64,000 nt of DNA from Escherichia virus TH15: the sequence record MT446392.1. One strand, written 5' to 3'. A program made the translations under genes and the position numbers. Each line of letters starts with the position of its first letter. Position 1 is the first letter of the stretch. Positions 52,470-61,404 of the stretch are shown here, piece after piece. The notes under the pieces are model-generated. The model had not been told where the DNA came from, ran no database searches, and saw nothing but the letters and a program-made list of their open reading frames with translations.

Positions 52470-53044
52470 TGATGTATGAACCCGGTTGCATGGGTGATAT
52501 GAAAGGTCCACAAGGATGTGCAGGTATTCCAGTTCCAAGAGATGAATTTATGATTACCAAAAGATATTGGGCAAACCTTGATGATGGTGATGAAGGAATC
52601 AAGGTGGAAAACGTTGATTGGTCGCACTGTAACCGTCATATGAAAGAGCTTTTGATTGAGGAATATAAAATGAAGCACATCGTTAAAGGTTGGCAACCAG
52701 AACCACATAAAGAACAAACACCTGACCCATTGATTTGTTATAGTGAAAAATATGGTTTTCGTACATGGAGCGATGAATATGACAAGTTGGTGTGCTCCAG
52801 GTTCTATGTTTGGATGGGAATACTATTTTTTCCAATCCTGTGGTTTTTCCTGACAACGAAAAATGACTTGCCAATTTGCGTATTCGGGGCAGCAGTATCT
52901 GCGGCCATTGCAGGTATTATCGCATCATTTTTGTGGACCTCTGTTATTGAAGTACCTTTTCGTATTTCTAAAGTTAAAAAGGTATATGACAATATCACAA
53001 AGAAAAATACATTAAACTCTTTTATTGAGGAATGTCGTAAATGA
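52463..53044 (+). CDS. hypothetical membrane protein ending FIEECRK
   Basis: 193 aa; C-terminal hydrophobic helices. Confidence 0.5.
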   Translation: MVMMYEPGCMGDMKGPQGCAGIPVPRDEFMITKRYWANLDDGDEGIKVENVDWSHCNRHMKELLIEEYKMKHIVKGWQPEPHKEQTPDPLICYSEKYGFRTWSDEYDKLVCSRFYVWMGILFFPILWFFLTTKNDLPICVFGAAVSAAIAGIIASFLWTSVIEVPFRISKVKKVYDNITKKNTLNSFIEECRK

Positions 53045-53277
53045 GTATTGCAATTTATATTAAATCAGAGTCATGTGATTCTTACCTGTATTCCTATGAT
53101 AAAGGTACGCCCGAAGTTGAAATCAAAGATGATTTAGAAATTGACCTGGACTTGTTCCGCCCGATTTCTGAATACAGAGTTCAAACTTCTAGTAGTGAAT
53201 CGCCATCAACAGAAACACGTATTGAAATTATTATGGCCGAAATCTTTAAAAAATCTTGGGAACGTGATGATGAGTAA
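53041..53277 (+). CDS. hypothetical small acidic protein
   Basis: 78 aa; ATGA overlap upstream. Confidence 0.4.
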   Translation: MSIAIYIKSESCDSYLYSYDKGTPEVEIKDDLEIDLDLFRPISEYRVQTSSSESPSTETRIEIIMAEIFKKSWERDDE

Positions 53278-53728
53278 GAAAAACGTGGTGAAAGAATTAT
53301 CTGCTGGCATTATTTTCATGACTGAAGATAAAGAGTTATTCATGGGTCGTGTGACTGGTTCTCGCAAACCGGGTATGCCTGCACATAAATGGGATATCCC
53401 TAAGGGTCATGTTGAAGCCGGCGAATCCCCGATTGAAGCGGCTATGCGTGAATGTGAAGAAGAAACAGGCTTTACCCAGTATGACCCGGCATTCTTAAAA
53501 GACCTAGGCGAGTTCCGTTATTCAGATAACAAAAACCTTCACCTGTTTTTGTACACGGTCCCGGTCGAGCATGAGCAATTCAGACATAGTAAATGCTCCG
53601 CATATCATACATTCCCGGATGGTAGTTCGGTCCCAGAGTTTGATGCATTTGCTCTGATTAAACCGAGTCAATGGCAATACGTAATGGGTAAATCGATGTA
53701 TAAGGTTTTGACTCAAATTTTCGGATAA
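53267..53728 (+). CDS. nudE: NudE Nudix hydrolase
   Basis: Nudix box GHVEAGESPIEAAMRECEEETGF; precedes e as T4 e.1/nudE. Confidence 0.8.
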   Translation: MMSKKNVVKELSAGIIFMTEDKELFMGRVTGSRKPGMPAHKWDIPKGHVEAGESPIEAAMRECEEETGFTQYDPAFLKDLGEFRYSDNKNLHLFLYTVPVEHEQFRHSKCSAYHTFPDGSSVPEFDAFALIKPSQWQYVMGKSMYKVLTQIFG

Positions 53729-53739
53729 TAAATACACAT

Positions 53740-54495
53740 ATGAATTATCTAAAAATATATGAATCTTTAATAGTATCTGCTATTAAAAGACCTCTTACAC
53801 AAGGATACACCGAAAAACATCATATTTTACCGAAATCGATGGGTGGTAATGATTCTATTGATAATTTAGTTACCCTTACCGCCCGTGAACATTTTATTGC
53901 ACACTTATTATTGGCAAGAATTTTTAAGAATCGCGAAATGTGGTCCGCTGCATATATGATGGCTTCAACAAGTCTAACTAACTCGGATAGACATAGATGC
54001 TCGTCACATTTATATGAATTATTGCGTAAACAAGCGTCGGTATATAATTCAGGTGAAAATTCTCCAAATTGGGGAATAAAACGTTCTGAAGAAACACGAT
54101 TAAAAATGTCAATTTCAAAAATGGGTATCAGGAATCCAATGTACGGTATTCCACAATGTTTGGAACACTCTCATAAAATTAGCCTTGGTGTTACCGAAGC
54201 TTTTAAAAATCCAGAAATGAAAGAACGCCACCGTCAAAGTGTTTCTGGAGAGAATAATGGGTTTTATGGAAAAAAACATTCCGAAAAAAGTTTGGAAAAA
54301 CAGCGGAATACAAAACGGAAAGGATTTCCTTGGGACAATTATTTGGAATTGTACCCAATTTGGGTTTCATTAAATTGCCCCAAGCATCCAACATTCACAA
54401 ATGAACTTGTTAAATTGGGATACCCCAAAAAGAAGCTTGTTCGAATAGTGGAAGAGTTTAAAAATGAATATATTCGAAATGCTACGCATAGATGA
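53740..54495 (+). CDS. HNH homing endonuclease (Mob-like) with NUMOD3 repeats
   Basis: 251 aa; [34 protein letters not shown] motif; ENSPNWG / NPMYG / [11 protein letters not shown] repeats; overlaps e start by 32 nt. Confidence 0.8.
   Translation: MNYLKIYESLIVSAIKRPLTQGYTEKHHILPKSMGGNDSIDNLVTLTAREHFIAHLLLARIFKNREMWSAAYMMASTSLTNSDRHRCSSHLYELLRKQASVYNSGENSPNWGIKRSEETRLKMSISKMGIRNPMYGIPQCLEHSHKISLGVTEAFKNPEMKERHRQSVSGENNGFYGKKHSEKSLEKQRNTKRKGFPWDNYLELYPIWVSLNCPKHPTFTNELVKLGYPKKKLVRIVEEFKNEYIRNATHR
53740..54495 (+). mobile_element. free-standing HNH homing endonuclease gene inserted between nudE and e
   Basis: Same as CDS. Confidence 0.6.
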
Positions 54496-54952
54496 AGGTT
54501 GTAAATTAGATTTGTATAAAGATACCGAGGGGTACTATACCATTGGTATCGGGCAACTGATAACTAAGAACCCATCGAAAGATGTTGCTCGTGCCGAGCT
54601 CGACAAGCTCATGGGTCGCGTCTGTAATGGTCGCATAACCCAGCACGAAGCTGAAACATTGTTTAACCGTTCGGTCGAAAAAGCTAAAGCCGGAATATTG
54701 AGGCATCCTGTCTTAAAACCTGTTTATGATGTACTGGATGAAGTTCGTCGTTGTGCACTCATTAATATGGTATTCCAGATGGGTGTTGCCGGGGTTGCTG
54801 GTTTTCCTAAGGGACTGCGATTGCTCAAGGCCAAATCGTGGGAAGCTGCTGCTAAGGAACTGGCGGACTCAAGATGGTATAAAGTCCAGACTCCAAACCG
54901 GGCCAAACGAGTTATTGAAACTTTCCGTACTGGAACTTTTGACGCTTATTAG
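54464..54952 (+). CDS. e: endolysin (T4 lysozyme)
   Basis: 162 aa; [12 protein letters not shown]...[13 protein letters not shown]...[12 protein letters not shown]...NRAKRVI.TFRTGT.DAY matches T4 E. Confidence 0.97.
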   Translation: MNIFEMLRIDEGCKLDLYKDTEGYYTIGIGQLITKNPSKDVARAELDKLMGRVCNGRITQHEAETLFNRSVEKAKAGILRHPVLKPVYDVLDEVRRCALINMVFQMGVAGVAGFPKGLRLLKAKSWEAAAKELADSRWYKVQTPNRAKRVIETFRTGTFDAY

Positions 54953-54989
54953 TTTACATCTCCAAACGATAGGGTTATAATGACCCTAT
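54952..54989 (+). promoter_or_regulatory. early promoter GTTTAC / TATAAT with -10 inside inverted repeat ATAGGGT/ACCCTAT
   Basis: Upstream of denV. Confidence 0.5.
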
Positions 54990-55007
54990 CAACTACGGAG
55001 AACAAAC

Positions 55008-55424
55008 ATGACTCGCATTAATTTAACCCTGGTATCTGAACTTGCTGACCAACACCTTATGGCTGAATACCGCGAGCTTCCTCGCGTGTTTGGTGCTGTT
55101 CGTAAGCATGTGCAAAATGGTAAAAAGGTGTCTGACTTTAAAATCCCATCATCTTTTCTTTTAGGAACTGGTCATGTCACCTTCTTTTATGATAAGCTTT
55201 TGTTCCTTAAAAACCGTCATCAAGAACTTATTGCTGAATGTTTAAAGCGAGGGTTTAATATAAAAGATATTTCTACCCAAGATTTAAATGATATTCCTGA
55301 TGAATGGAAGAATGATTATCAACCATCAATCTGGTCAATTGAAATCAGTCAATCCAGACTGAATGAGAAAATTTCTCAAAAGCCTACCTGGTACAAATAC
55401 TATGGGAAAGCTGTGTACGCTTAA
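55008..55424 (+). CDS. denV: DenV endonuclease V (pyrimidine dimer DNA glycosylase)
   Basis: 138 aa; [34 protein letters not shown] matches T4 DenV nearly throughout. Confidence 0.97.
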   Translation: MTRINLTLVSELADQHLMAEYRELPRVFGAVRKHVQNGKKVSDFKIPSSFLLGTGHVTFFYDKLLFLKNRHQELIAECLKRGFNIKDISTQDLNDIPDEWKNDYQPSIWSIEISQSRLNEKISQKPTWYKYYGKAVYA

Positions 55425-55442
55425 CTAAAAAGGTTGTATAAT
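55413..55442 (+). promoter_or_regulatory. early promoter GTGTAC / TATAAT
   Basis: Overlaps denV 3' end. Confidence 0.45.
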
Positions 55443-55472
55443 GATTTTATCAACCAAACAATGGAATATAAA

Positions 55473-55736
55473 ATGAAAACTTATCAAGAATTTATTACTG
55501 AATCTGCCAAAGCTCCTGCTGGTTCCTTTAAAGTCCGTGCCTTCGCTGGTGATGCTGAAGACTTTGGCTCACTGAAGCGCAACGGTTATTCTTTCTTTGG
55601 TGGTGATGGTAAAGAAATTGTTACCTATGCAAAACGTCGCGAAATCGCATTCGTGGTTGCTGGTAAGAAAGTATCCCCAGAAGATATTGAAGTTGACTTT
55701 GAGACCTTTGGTATTGTTTCTGGCGGTAAAGCTTAA
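55473..55736 (+). CDS. internal-protein-like protein (CTS MKTYQEFITE)
   Basis: 87 aa from ATG 55473. Confidence 0.65.
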   Translation: MKTYQEFITESAKAPAGSFKVRAFAGDAEDFGSLKRNGYSFFGGDGKEIVTYAKRREIAFVVAGKKVSPEDIEVDFETFGIVSGGKA

Positions 55737-55738
55737 CT

Positions 55739-55767
55739 GTTTACTTTATGATGGGATAGTGTATAAT
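55739..55767 (+). promoter_or_regulatory. early promoter GTTTAC-17-TATAAT whose -10 box contains the ATG of the next IP-like ORF
   Basis: GTTTAC 55739-55744, TATAAT 55762-55767. Confidence 0.45.
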
Positions 55768-56065
55768 GTTAACTTATCAAGAATTTATCACAGAAGCCAA
55801 AGTTCCTAAAGCATTTCAAATTGGGGTTCAAGGCAATTTAGACCAACAATATGTTGATGCTATTGTAGCAAGCCTCGGTAAACAAGGGGTGCAAGTGGAT
55901 TTGGTTGATTTTACCAAAGGCAATACTTTTAATATTGTTACATCTAAAGGTTCTTTAGCTAAAGTTAAAAAGGCCTTTGGCGTAGCACAAGCATACGAAA
56001 TCGACCATTCTGAATTCGAAAATAAAGGTCGCCAGAACACAATTAAAGGCTCTGGTTCTTTTTAA
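55766..56065 (+). CDS. internal-protein-like protein (degenerate CTS MLTYQEFITE); expression context unusual
   Basis: 99 aa; only possible ATG lies inside promoter -10. Confidence 0.45.
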   Translation: MLTYQEFITEAKVPKAFQIGVQGNLDQQYVDAIVASLGKQGVQVDLVDFTKGNTFNIVTSKGSLAKVKKAFGVAQAYEIDHSEFENKGRQNTIKGSGSF

Positions 56066-56229
56066 TAAAGGCAAACCGACCCTCTCCTCATGAACGTCGT
56101 GTCCTCTGAGTGATGGACCTTTCCCTACCTGTAATAAGGTCGAGCCCGAGTGCGGTAAGGGGTTTACATTCGGATACATGGATGAATTAATGTGCCAAGG
56201 AATGGCCCCAAAACCTTAAGAGAAACAAT

Positions 56230-56775
56230 ATGAGAACTTTTTTAACTGGACCTTATCTATCCCTGATGAATGCTTTTACCCACCATTCTGATGCTCGAAT
56301 AGAAGAACTTTGTAAGACCGATTGTTATATTCCTCCAATGGAAGTCTTGCTCAAAGAATACTGCACACTCCGTATGGATGGCGGGCGACAATCAGGTAAA
56401 TCTACTGCAGTAACTAATTTTGCTGCTAACTGGATTTATGACGGAGGTACAGTAATTGTCCTGTCTAATACCTCGGCTTATGCAAGAATTTCATCCGATT
56501 CTATCAAAAATGATTTTATTCGTTTTAGCGCGGAAGATATTCGTTACCGGCTTTTCCATGATTCATTACGTAGCTTTATCGGTAATAAAGGTTCTAAATT
56601 CCGTGGCCTTGCGCTTTCACGCGTATTGTATATAATTGATGAACCTATTAAAGCTCCTGATATGGACAAGATTTACGATATCCATATGAAAACTGTACAA
56701 CACTGCTGCCATGCTCATTGTTTTAAAACGGGTGAAACAGTTCGTCCTCAATTTTTTGTGATTGGAATGCAATGA
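56230..56775 (+). CDS. small P-loop NTPase-like protein (Walker A GGRQSGKST, Walker B LYIIDE)
   Basis: 181 aa. Confidence 0.5.
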   Translation: MRTFLTGPYLSLMNAFTHHSDARIEELCKTDCYIPPMEVLLKEYCTLRMDGGRQSGKSTAVTNFAANWIYDGGTVIVLSNTSAYARISSDSIKNDFIRFSAEDIRYRLFHDSLRSFIGNKGSKFRGLALSRVLYIIDEPIKAPDMDKIYDIHMKTVQHCCHAHCFKTGETVRPQFFVIGMQ

Positions 56776-57128
56776 TGAATACTATCGAAGTTTTTGAATA
56801 TTGTTATAGCAGCTCCGCTTGTAATAAAAAGGCCCTCGTAGAAAACTATGAGATATTCCATTTTAAACCTAAACGGTATCGTTTGACTAAAGGTCCATTC
56901 AAGGGACAACAGGTTCTCTGTACCGCACCAAATGAACGTCTGATGAATATCATTCCATATTTCAAAATGGAATTCATTGGCAGACGTTATAAAGGGCTAA
57001 TCACTCAAAGCCTGATGGCTTATGGCTCTGATCCGATTTTGATGGAACAAACCGAATTTAAAAAGTTTTATACAGGTTCAGCCGTTTTAGCTGAACCTAA
57101 AGGCTTTACGGTGGCCCATCATGGCTAA
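56772..57128 (+). CDS. hypothetical protein
   Basis: 118 aa, ATGA overlap. Confidence 0.45.
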   Translation: MMNTIEVFEYCYSSSACNKKALVENYEIFHFKPKRYRLTKGPFKGQQVLCTAPNERLMNIIPYFKMEFIGRRYKGLITQSLMAYGSDPILMEQTEFKKFYTGSAVLAEPKGFTVAHHG

Positions 57129-57339
57129 ATTGATTATCGAAGGTTCTGATGAAGCCTTGAAAAGATTCGTTGAATGGTTTAATGGCCCGGGCGAACAAGA
57201 CTTTCTGGAAGTCTGGGACGGTGGTCAATGGAATGGTAAAGAAATGGTTTACCCAACTACCTATATCTCCGTGCAAGGGTGGACTGACAGACTTCGTTTG
57301 GTAGAATATGATATCGCAACTGGCGAGGAAGTGAAATGA
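57121..57339 (+). CDS. hypothetical protein
   Basis: 72 aa. Confidence 0.45.
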   Translation: MAKLIIEGSDEALKRFVEWFNGPGEQDFLEVWDGGQWNGKEMVYPTTYISVQGWTDRLRLVEYDIATGEEVK

Positions 57340-57599
57340 TTGAAGATATCAAAGGTTACAAGCCACATACCGACGATAAAATCGGTAAAGTGAACGCTAT
57401 TAAAGATGCAGAAGTTCGTCTTGGATTGATGTTTGATGCTCTGATTGAAGAAGCATATATCTTGAAAGAAAATGAAACAGAGCAACAAACCAAAGAAGAT
57501 ATGGATGCAGTGCAGGCTCTTAAGTATGCTAAGCAACATCTAAAAGAAGCCAGCATGTGGGCATGTCGTGCAGTATTTCGACCCGAGGAAAAATACTAA
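57336..57599 (+). CDS. hypothetical protein
   Basis: 87 aa. Confidence 0.45.
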   Translation: MIEDIKGYKPHTDDKIGKVNAIKDAEVRLGLMFDALIEEAYILKENETEQQTKEDMDAVQALKYAKQHLKEASMWACRAVFRPEEKY

Positions 57600-57904
57600 T
57601 GGCGCAGATTAATTCTGGTTTTGGTTATGAGTTATCAACCGCTTCTCATCGCCGCATAAATGATTCCAATCCGTTTGGATTCACATCGAAACAGCCAAAA
57701 ATTCAAAGTCTAGACGATTTCCAGGAAGTTATTCGTAAGGCCTTTCAGGACTACGGGAACTATCTTAAAGAAGATTCAAACGACTGTCTTGAAGAAGATG
57801 AAATTGCTTACTACGAGCAACGCCTTGAACAGCTTAAGAATTTGCACGCTGTTCGTGCCGAAGTCTCACAATCATTAAATAAGCTAATTCGTTTTAAAGA
57901 ATAG
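57599..57904 (+). CDS. hypothetical protein (start at ATG overlapping upstream stop)
   Basis: 101 aa. Confidence 0.4.
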   Translation: MAQINSGFGYELSTASHRRINDSNPFGFTSKQPKIQSLDDFQEVIRKAFQDYGNYLKEDSNDCLEEDEIAYYEQRLEQLKNLHAVRAEVSQSLNKLIRFKE

Positions 57905-57940
57905 TGTACAAGCAGGTTGAAATGAGTTATGATTATCCCA
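57904..57940 (+). promoter_or_regulatory. early promoter GTGTAC / TATGAT followed by TATCCCATCAAAC leader
   Basis: Read directly. Confidence 0.4.
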
Positions 57941-57960
57941 TCAAACAAAAGGAGATAATC

Positions 57961-58419
57961 ATGACTACTATCGATTCAAGTGTTTACATTCGCCGCAATA
58001 AACTTCGTCGTATTTTTGAAACGGAGTTCCTCAAAATTAATAATGCTATCAACAAGGCTTGTAAAGAAGCAGGCCTTGAAGCATTCTTCATTAAGTACAG
58101 TCCACACCTGTTGGACCGTGCAATCCAACGTGAAATTGACGAACAATATGTTTTTGACTTGTTTGGAAAAATCACACCACATGTAAAAGAAATTGTTGAA
58201 TTCCTGGAGATGAAACCACTCCCGGAAGTTGAAGCACAAATTGACCCGAATGTGAACTACCGTCCACTTCGTCTGGAAATCACAGACAAGAACCTATGGT
58301 TAGGAATGACAGTTAACCCAGCTCTTCCTGGGAAGTCTCCAACCATGTGTTGTCGTATGGCGTTTGTTAACTCTAATCGTCTGGAAGGAAAAATTAGCAC
58401 AAAAGTGATTTATATCTAA
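57961..58419 (+). CDS. hypothetical protein
   Basis: 152 aa from ATG 57961, SD AAGGAG. Confidence 0.5.
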   Translation: MTTIDSSVYIRRNKLRRIFETEFLKINNAINKACKEAGLEAFFIKYSPHLLDRAIQREIDEQYVFDLFGKITPHVKEIVEFLEMKPLPEVEAQIDPNVNYRPLRLEITDKNLWLGMTVNPALPGKSPTMCCRMAFVNSNRLEGKISTKVIYI

Positions 58420-58429
58420 TGGGGAATTC

Positions 58430-58972
58430 ATGAAAAAAGTAATAGCCACTTTACTATTGACAGTTAGTATGTCTGCCCATAGCGTAGAGCCTACTTTCAG
58501 TAATGAACAGATGGAAAATCTTCAATATGCGTATGCATTTGGAGAACAGTTCCAGAAAAATGGTAAGTACAAAGAAAATCCGCACCAACATAATGGTTTG
58601 GGATATATCATGGCTGGATTAACCTGGCAGGAAAGTTCTGCCGGGGTTAATACAGGATTAAATAAAGATAAGCATCATGCATATGGTATATTCCAAAATT
58701 ATCTTCCAACCGTGCGCGAGCGCGTAAAACAGGTTGGGTGGACAATGACAGATAAAGAAATAATCAAGATGATAAGCAAGAGAGAGAACAGTGCACGCTG
58801 GGCTTATATTGAGCTTTCATACTGGTTGAACATTCACAAGGGGGACATAAGAAAAACACTATCATCATATAACGCAGGGTGGAATGTGAAAGCTGGAAAT
58901 ACGTATGCTTCACAGGTCCTAGAAAAAGCTAACTACTTAAAATCACGAGGCCTATTAAAAACGGTGGATTAA
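58430..58972 (+). CDS. secreted lytic transglycosylase-like (SLT domain) protein with signal peptide
   Basis: 180 aa; N-terminal signal MKKVIATLLLTVSMSAHS; motifs QESS, YGIFQ, SYNAG typical of SLT family. Confidence 0.55.
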   Translation: MKKVIATLLLTVSMSAHSVEPTFSNEQMENLQYAYAFGEQFQKNGKYKENPHQHNGLGYIMAGLTWQESSAGVNTGLNKDKHHAYGIFQNYLPTVRERVKQVGWTMTDKEIIKMISKRENSARWAYIELSYWLNIHKGDIRKTLSSYNAGWNVKAGNTYASQVLEKANYLKSRGLLKTVD

Positions 58973-59332
58973 ATGGTAAGAGTCATAACTTTAGCCATAG
59001 GGTTAGTATTCAGCACGGGAGGAATAGCTTCAGTACAGAGCGATGATAATAATAGCATCATAGAATATGCAACGAGGACGGCCAAAGATTATTGTGCATC
59101 AAGCAATGTGGATTGTGTAATCCAGTTTAGTGCCAAACTCACTGCTGCATATAAAGACGGTCAAAATGATGTTGAACACACTCTTATGAAAAAGAGTATT
59201 TTATCCAACAAATATGAAAAGAAACTATTTGAAATGGATTGTATTCTGTCGAGTGCCAAATATAAAGCGGCCTGCACCAGTATGGTTGACAGGTTAGTCG
59301 ATTCCTATAACAGAGGATTGAACTCTAAATGA
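58973..59332 (+). CDS. small secreted protein (signal peptide, 4 Cys)
   Basis: 119 aa; translationally coupled to upstream gene. Confidence 0.45.
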   Translation: MVRVITLAIGLVFSTGGIASVQSDDNNSIIEYATRTAKDYCASSNVDCVIQFSAKLTAAYKDGQNDVEHTLMKKSILSNKYEKKLFEMDCILSSAKYKAACTSMVDRLVDSYNRGLNSK

Positions 59333-59793
59333 TTGTTAACTATATTAAGGGCGATATTGTCGCCCTTTTTCTCGAAGGAAACATCATAGCTCATGGCTGT
59401 AATTGTTTCCATACAATGGGTTCAGGCGTTGCTGGCCAACTGGCAAAGGCTTACCCAAAAATTTTAGAAATGGATAAGACATCAACTGAATACGGTTCCC
59501 GAGAAAAACTCGGTGATATGTCTATCGTTTTTAAACATAAACCAACTGGATTTGGTATGTGCTATAACCTTTATACCCAGTATGAACCGGGTCCAAATCT
59601 GGATTATGGTGCTTTAGTAAATTGCATGATAGAATTAAATCGACAAGCAGAATCCCTTTTGTTCAAGCCTGTGATTTATATTCCCAGGATTGGATGTGGT
59701 ATTGCAGGTGGTGATTGGGATAAGGTTTCCCGGTTAATTGATATGTTTACTCCTGACATTGATTTGATAGTGGTGGATTATGAGTCAAACTAG
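59329..59793 (+). CDS. TARG1/OARD1-like macro domain protein (ADP-ribose processing)
   Basis: 154 aa; blocks YIKGDIVA, IIAHGCNCFHTMGSGVAGQLAKAY and IPRIGCGIAGGDWDKVSRLIDMF resemble TARG1-type macro domains as remembered. Confidence 0.65.
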   Translation: MIVNYIKGDIVALFLEGNIIAHGCNCFHTMGSGVAGQLAKAYPKILEMDKTSTEYGSREKLGDMSIVFKHKPTGFGMCYNLYTQYEPGPNLDYGALVNCMIELNRQAESLLFKPVIYIPRIGCGIAGGDWDKVSRLIDMFTPDIDLIVVDYESN

Positions 59794-59986
59794 TATTCTT
59801 AAAAATGCTCACTGTGAAAAGTGTAAATGGCCAGTTGTTTTTGCTTTATGCAACGATGAAATGATATGTGATTTTGATTATTGGTGCTATTGTTCTAATA
59901 AAGGGTGTGTGAATCATGCAGGCGCCGGTTTCTATTCCGGGTTTCAACCGTATCCAGACTTTGTAAAACAAGGTGAACCGAAATGA
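59780..59986 (+). CDS. small Cys-rich (putative zinc-binding) protein
   Basis: 68 aa with 8 Cys. Confidence 0.45.
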   Translation: MSQTSILKNAHCEKCKWPVVFALCNDEMICDFDYWCYCSNKGCVNHAGAGFYSGFQPYPDFVKQGEPK

Positions 59987-60168
59987 GTTTAAGTATTAGT
60001 CAGAAAAGTAGATTGTTTGAGCTTATCCATGAGCTTTTGGACGAGCATACGGAAGCGAACGCTTTTTATGATGAATACGGCCCGATAGATGCCGAACATC
60101 AGGAAGAATTTGCTAATCGGTTTGATGAGAAAGAAAACGAATTAATTGCTTATGTGAATACTCTTTAA
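59983..60168 (+). CDS. hypothetical small acidic protein
   Basis: 61 aa. Confidence 0.4.
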   Translation: MSLSISQKSRLFELIHELLDEHTEANAFYDEYGPIDAEHQEEFANRFDEKENELIAYVNTL

Positions 60169-60177
60169 GAAGGTGAT

Positions 60178-60750
60178 ATGGCGAGTTTAATTTATCATTA
60201 CGCAGCAATGAATGCAGGCAAAACAGCTTCATTGCTGACTGCAGCTTATTCCTATAAAGAGCGTGGAATGAGTGTGCTTTTGCTAAAACCTGTTATTGAT
60301 AATCGGGACTCGGAATCTGAAATTAAATCACGTATTGGTATTAGCCAGGAAGCAAACCTGGTAACGGCCGACATGAACCTGTTTGAATTCTATAAATGGG
60401 CCGAGTCTCAAAAGGATATCCATTGTGTCCTGGTTGATGAAGCTCAATTTTTGTTACCAGAGCAAATTGACCAGTTAGCACGAGTGGTTGATAATTACAA
60501 TATCCCCGTTATGTGTTACGGGTTAAGAACAGATTTTCGGGGTCAATTATTTCCCGGTTCAGCCAGACTTCTGGCTATTTCGGATAAACTGGTTGAATTA
60601 AAGGGCGTCTGCCATTGCGGCCGGAAAGCAACCATGACCGCTCGAGTAATCGACGGTGCTGCTGTAAAGGACGGCGAGCAAGTGTTAGTCGGTGGGAATG
60701 AATCGTACGTATCTTTATGCAGGAAACATTGGCTCGAATTGACAAGCTGA
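60178..60750 (+). CDS. tk: thymidine kinase
   Basis: 190 aa; MASLI..YAAMNAGK.ASLL.AA..YKERGMSVL.LKP.ID.RDS matches T4 Tk. Confidence 0.96.
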   Translation: MASLIYHYAAMNAGKTASLLTAAYSYKERGMSVLLLKPVIDNRDSESEIKSRIGISQEANLVTADMNLFEFYKWAESQKDIHCVLVDEAQFLLPEQIDQLARVVDNYNIPVMCYGLRTDFRGQLFPGSARLLAISDKLVELKGVCHCGRKATMTARVIDGAAVKDGEQVLVGGNESYVSLCRKHWLELTS

Positions 60751-60757
60751 GGTCCTT

Positions 60758-61033
60758 ATGATATATAAGATTTGGACGTATATCTCTATTTTTGTTATTG
60801 CTGGAATTGCATTTATCCCCACACAAACAGATAGCGAGAGATATGAAAGGGAAATTGAAATAGTAGCAAGCACGTACCATTCTGTTAATAAAGAATGCCC
60901 GAATAAAAATGGAATAAATTTACAAAAAGCACATTATATGCTGACTGTTACTAGCCCAGTGCAAAGAATATGGGTTGATAGACATTTTTCTGATTTATTT
61001 GCAATATATTGTTTCAAGTTTAAAAGATTATAA
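60758..61033 (+). CDS. hypothetical small membrane protein
   Basis: 91 aa, N-terminal hydrophobic helix. Confidence 0.4.
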   Translation: MIYKIWTYISIFVIAGIAFIPTQTDSERYEREIEIVASTYHSVNKECPNKNGINLQKAHYMLTVTSPVQRIWVDRHFSDLFAIYCFKFKRL

Positions 61034-61036
61034 ATA
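61029..61036 (+). promoter_or_regulatory. T4-type late promoter TATAAATA on plus strand
   Basis: Exact octamer 72 nt upstream of lipoprotein ATG 61108. Confidence 0.45.
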
Positions 61037-61107
61037 CAGTTACTAACTAGTATTCCGCTATGTTAAGGCTGCAAAGCGTAATCATGACCAACAATAAGGA
61101 GTCCTTT

Positions 61108-61404
61108 ATGGACCTTATTCGAGGACTTTCTCTAAGTCTATTACTAATGGGCTGTTTAGGCCCAAATCTGTCCTCTGCTACAGATGGTAAATTTACCCAG
61201 TATGCAGATAGTGCGATGCAAATCTATTCGCAATTCAAAGAACCCAGCGTCGAGCAGTCCGAACAATTTTGGGCTTTTATTAAAACCGAATGGAACAATA
61301 AGAGTCAATGTGTAAATGAAATCACATGTCAAATTGATGGCCGGGCTGCTGCAGTCGAATACGCTAAATTAATGAAGGTAAAATTGGAAGATGAAATTCG
61401 ATGA
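61108..61404 (+). CDS. putative lipoprotein (lipobox LLMGC)
   Basis: 98 aa from ATG 61108 with strong SD TAAGGAG; signal plus Cys. Confidence 0.5.
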   Translation: MDLIRGLSLSLLLMGCLGPNLSSATDGKFTQYADSAMQIYSQFKEPSVEQSEQFWAFIKTEWNNKSQCVNEITCQIDGRAAAVEYAKLMKVKLEDEIR

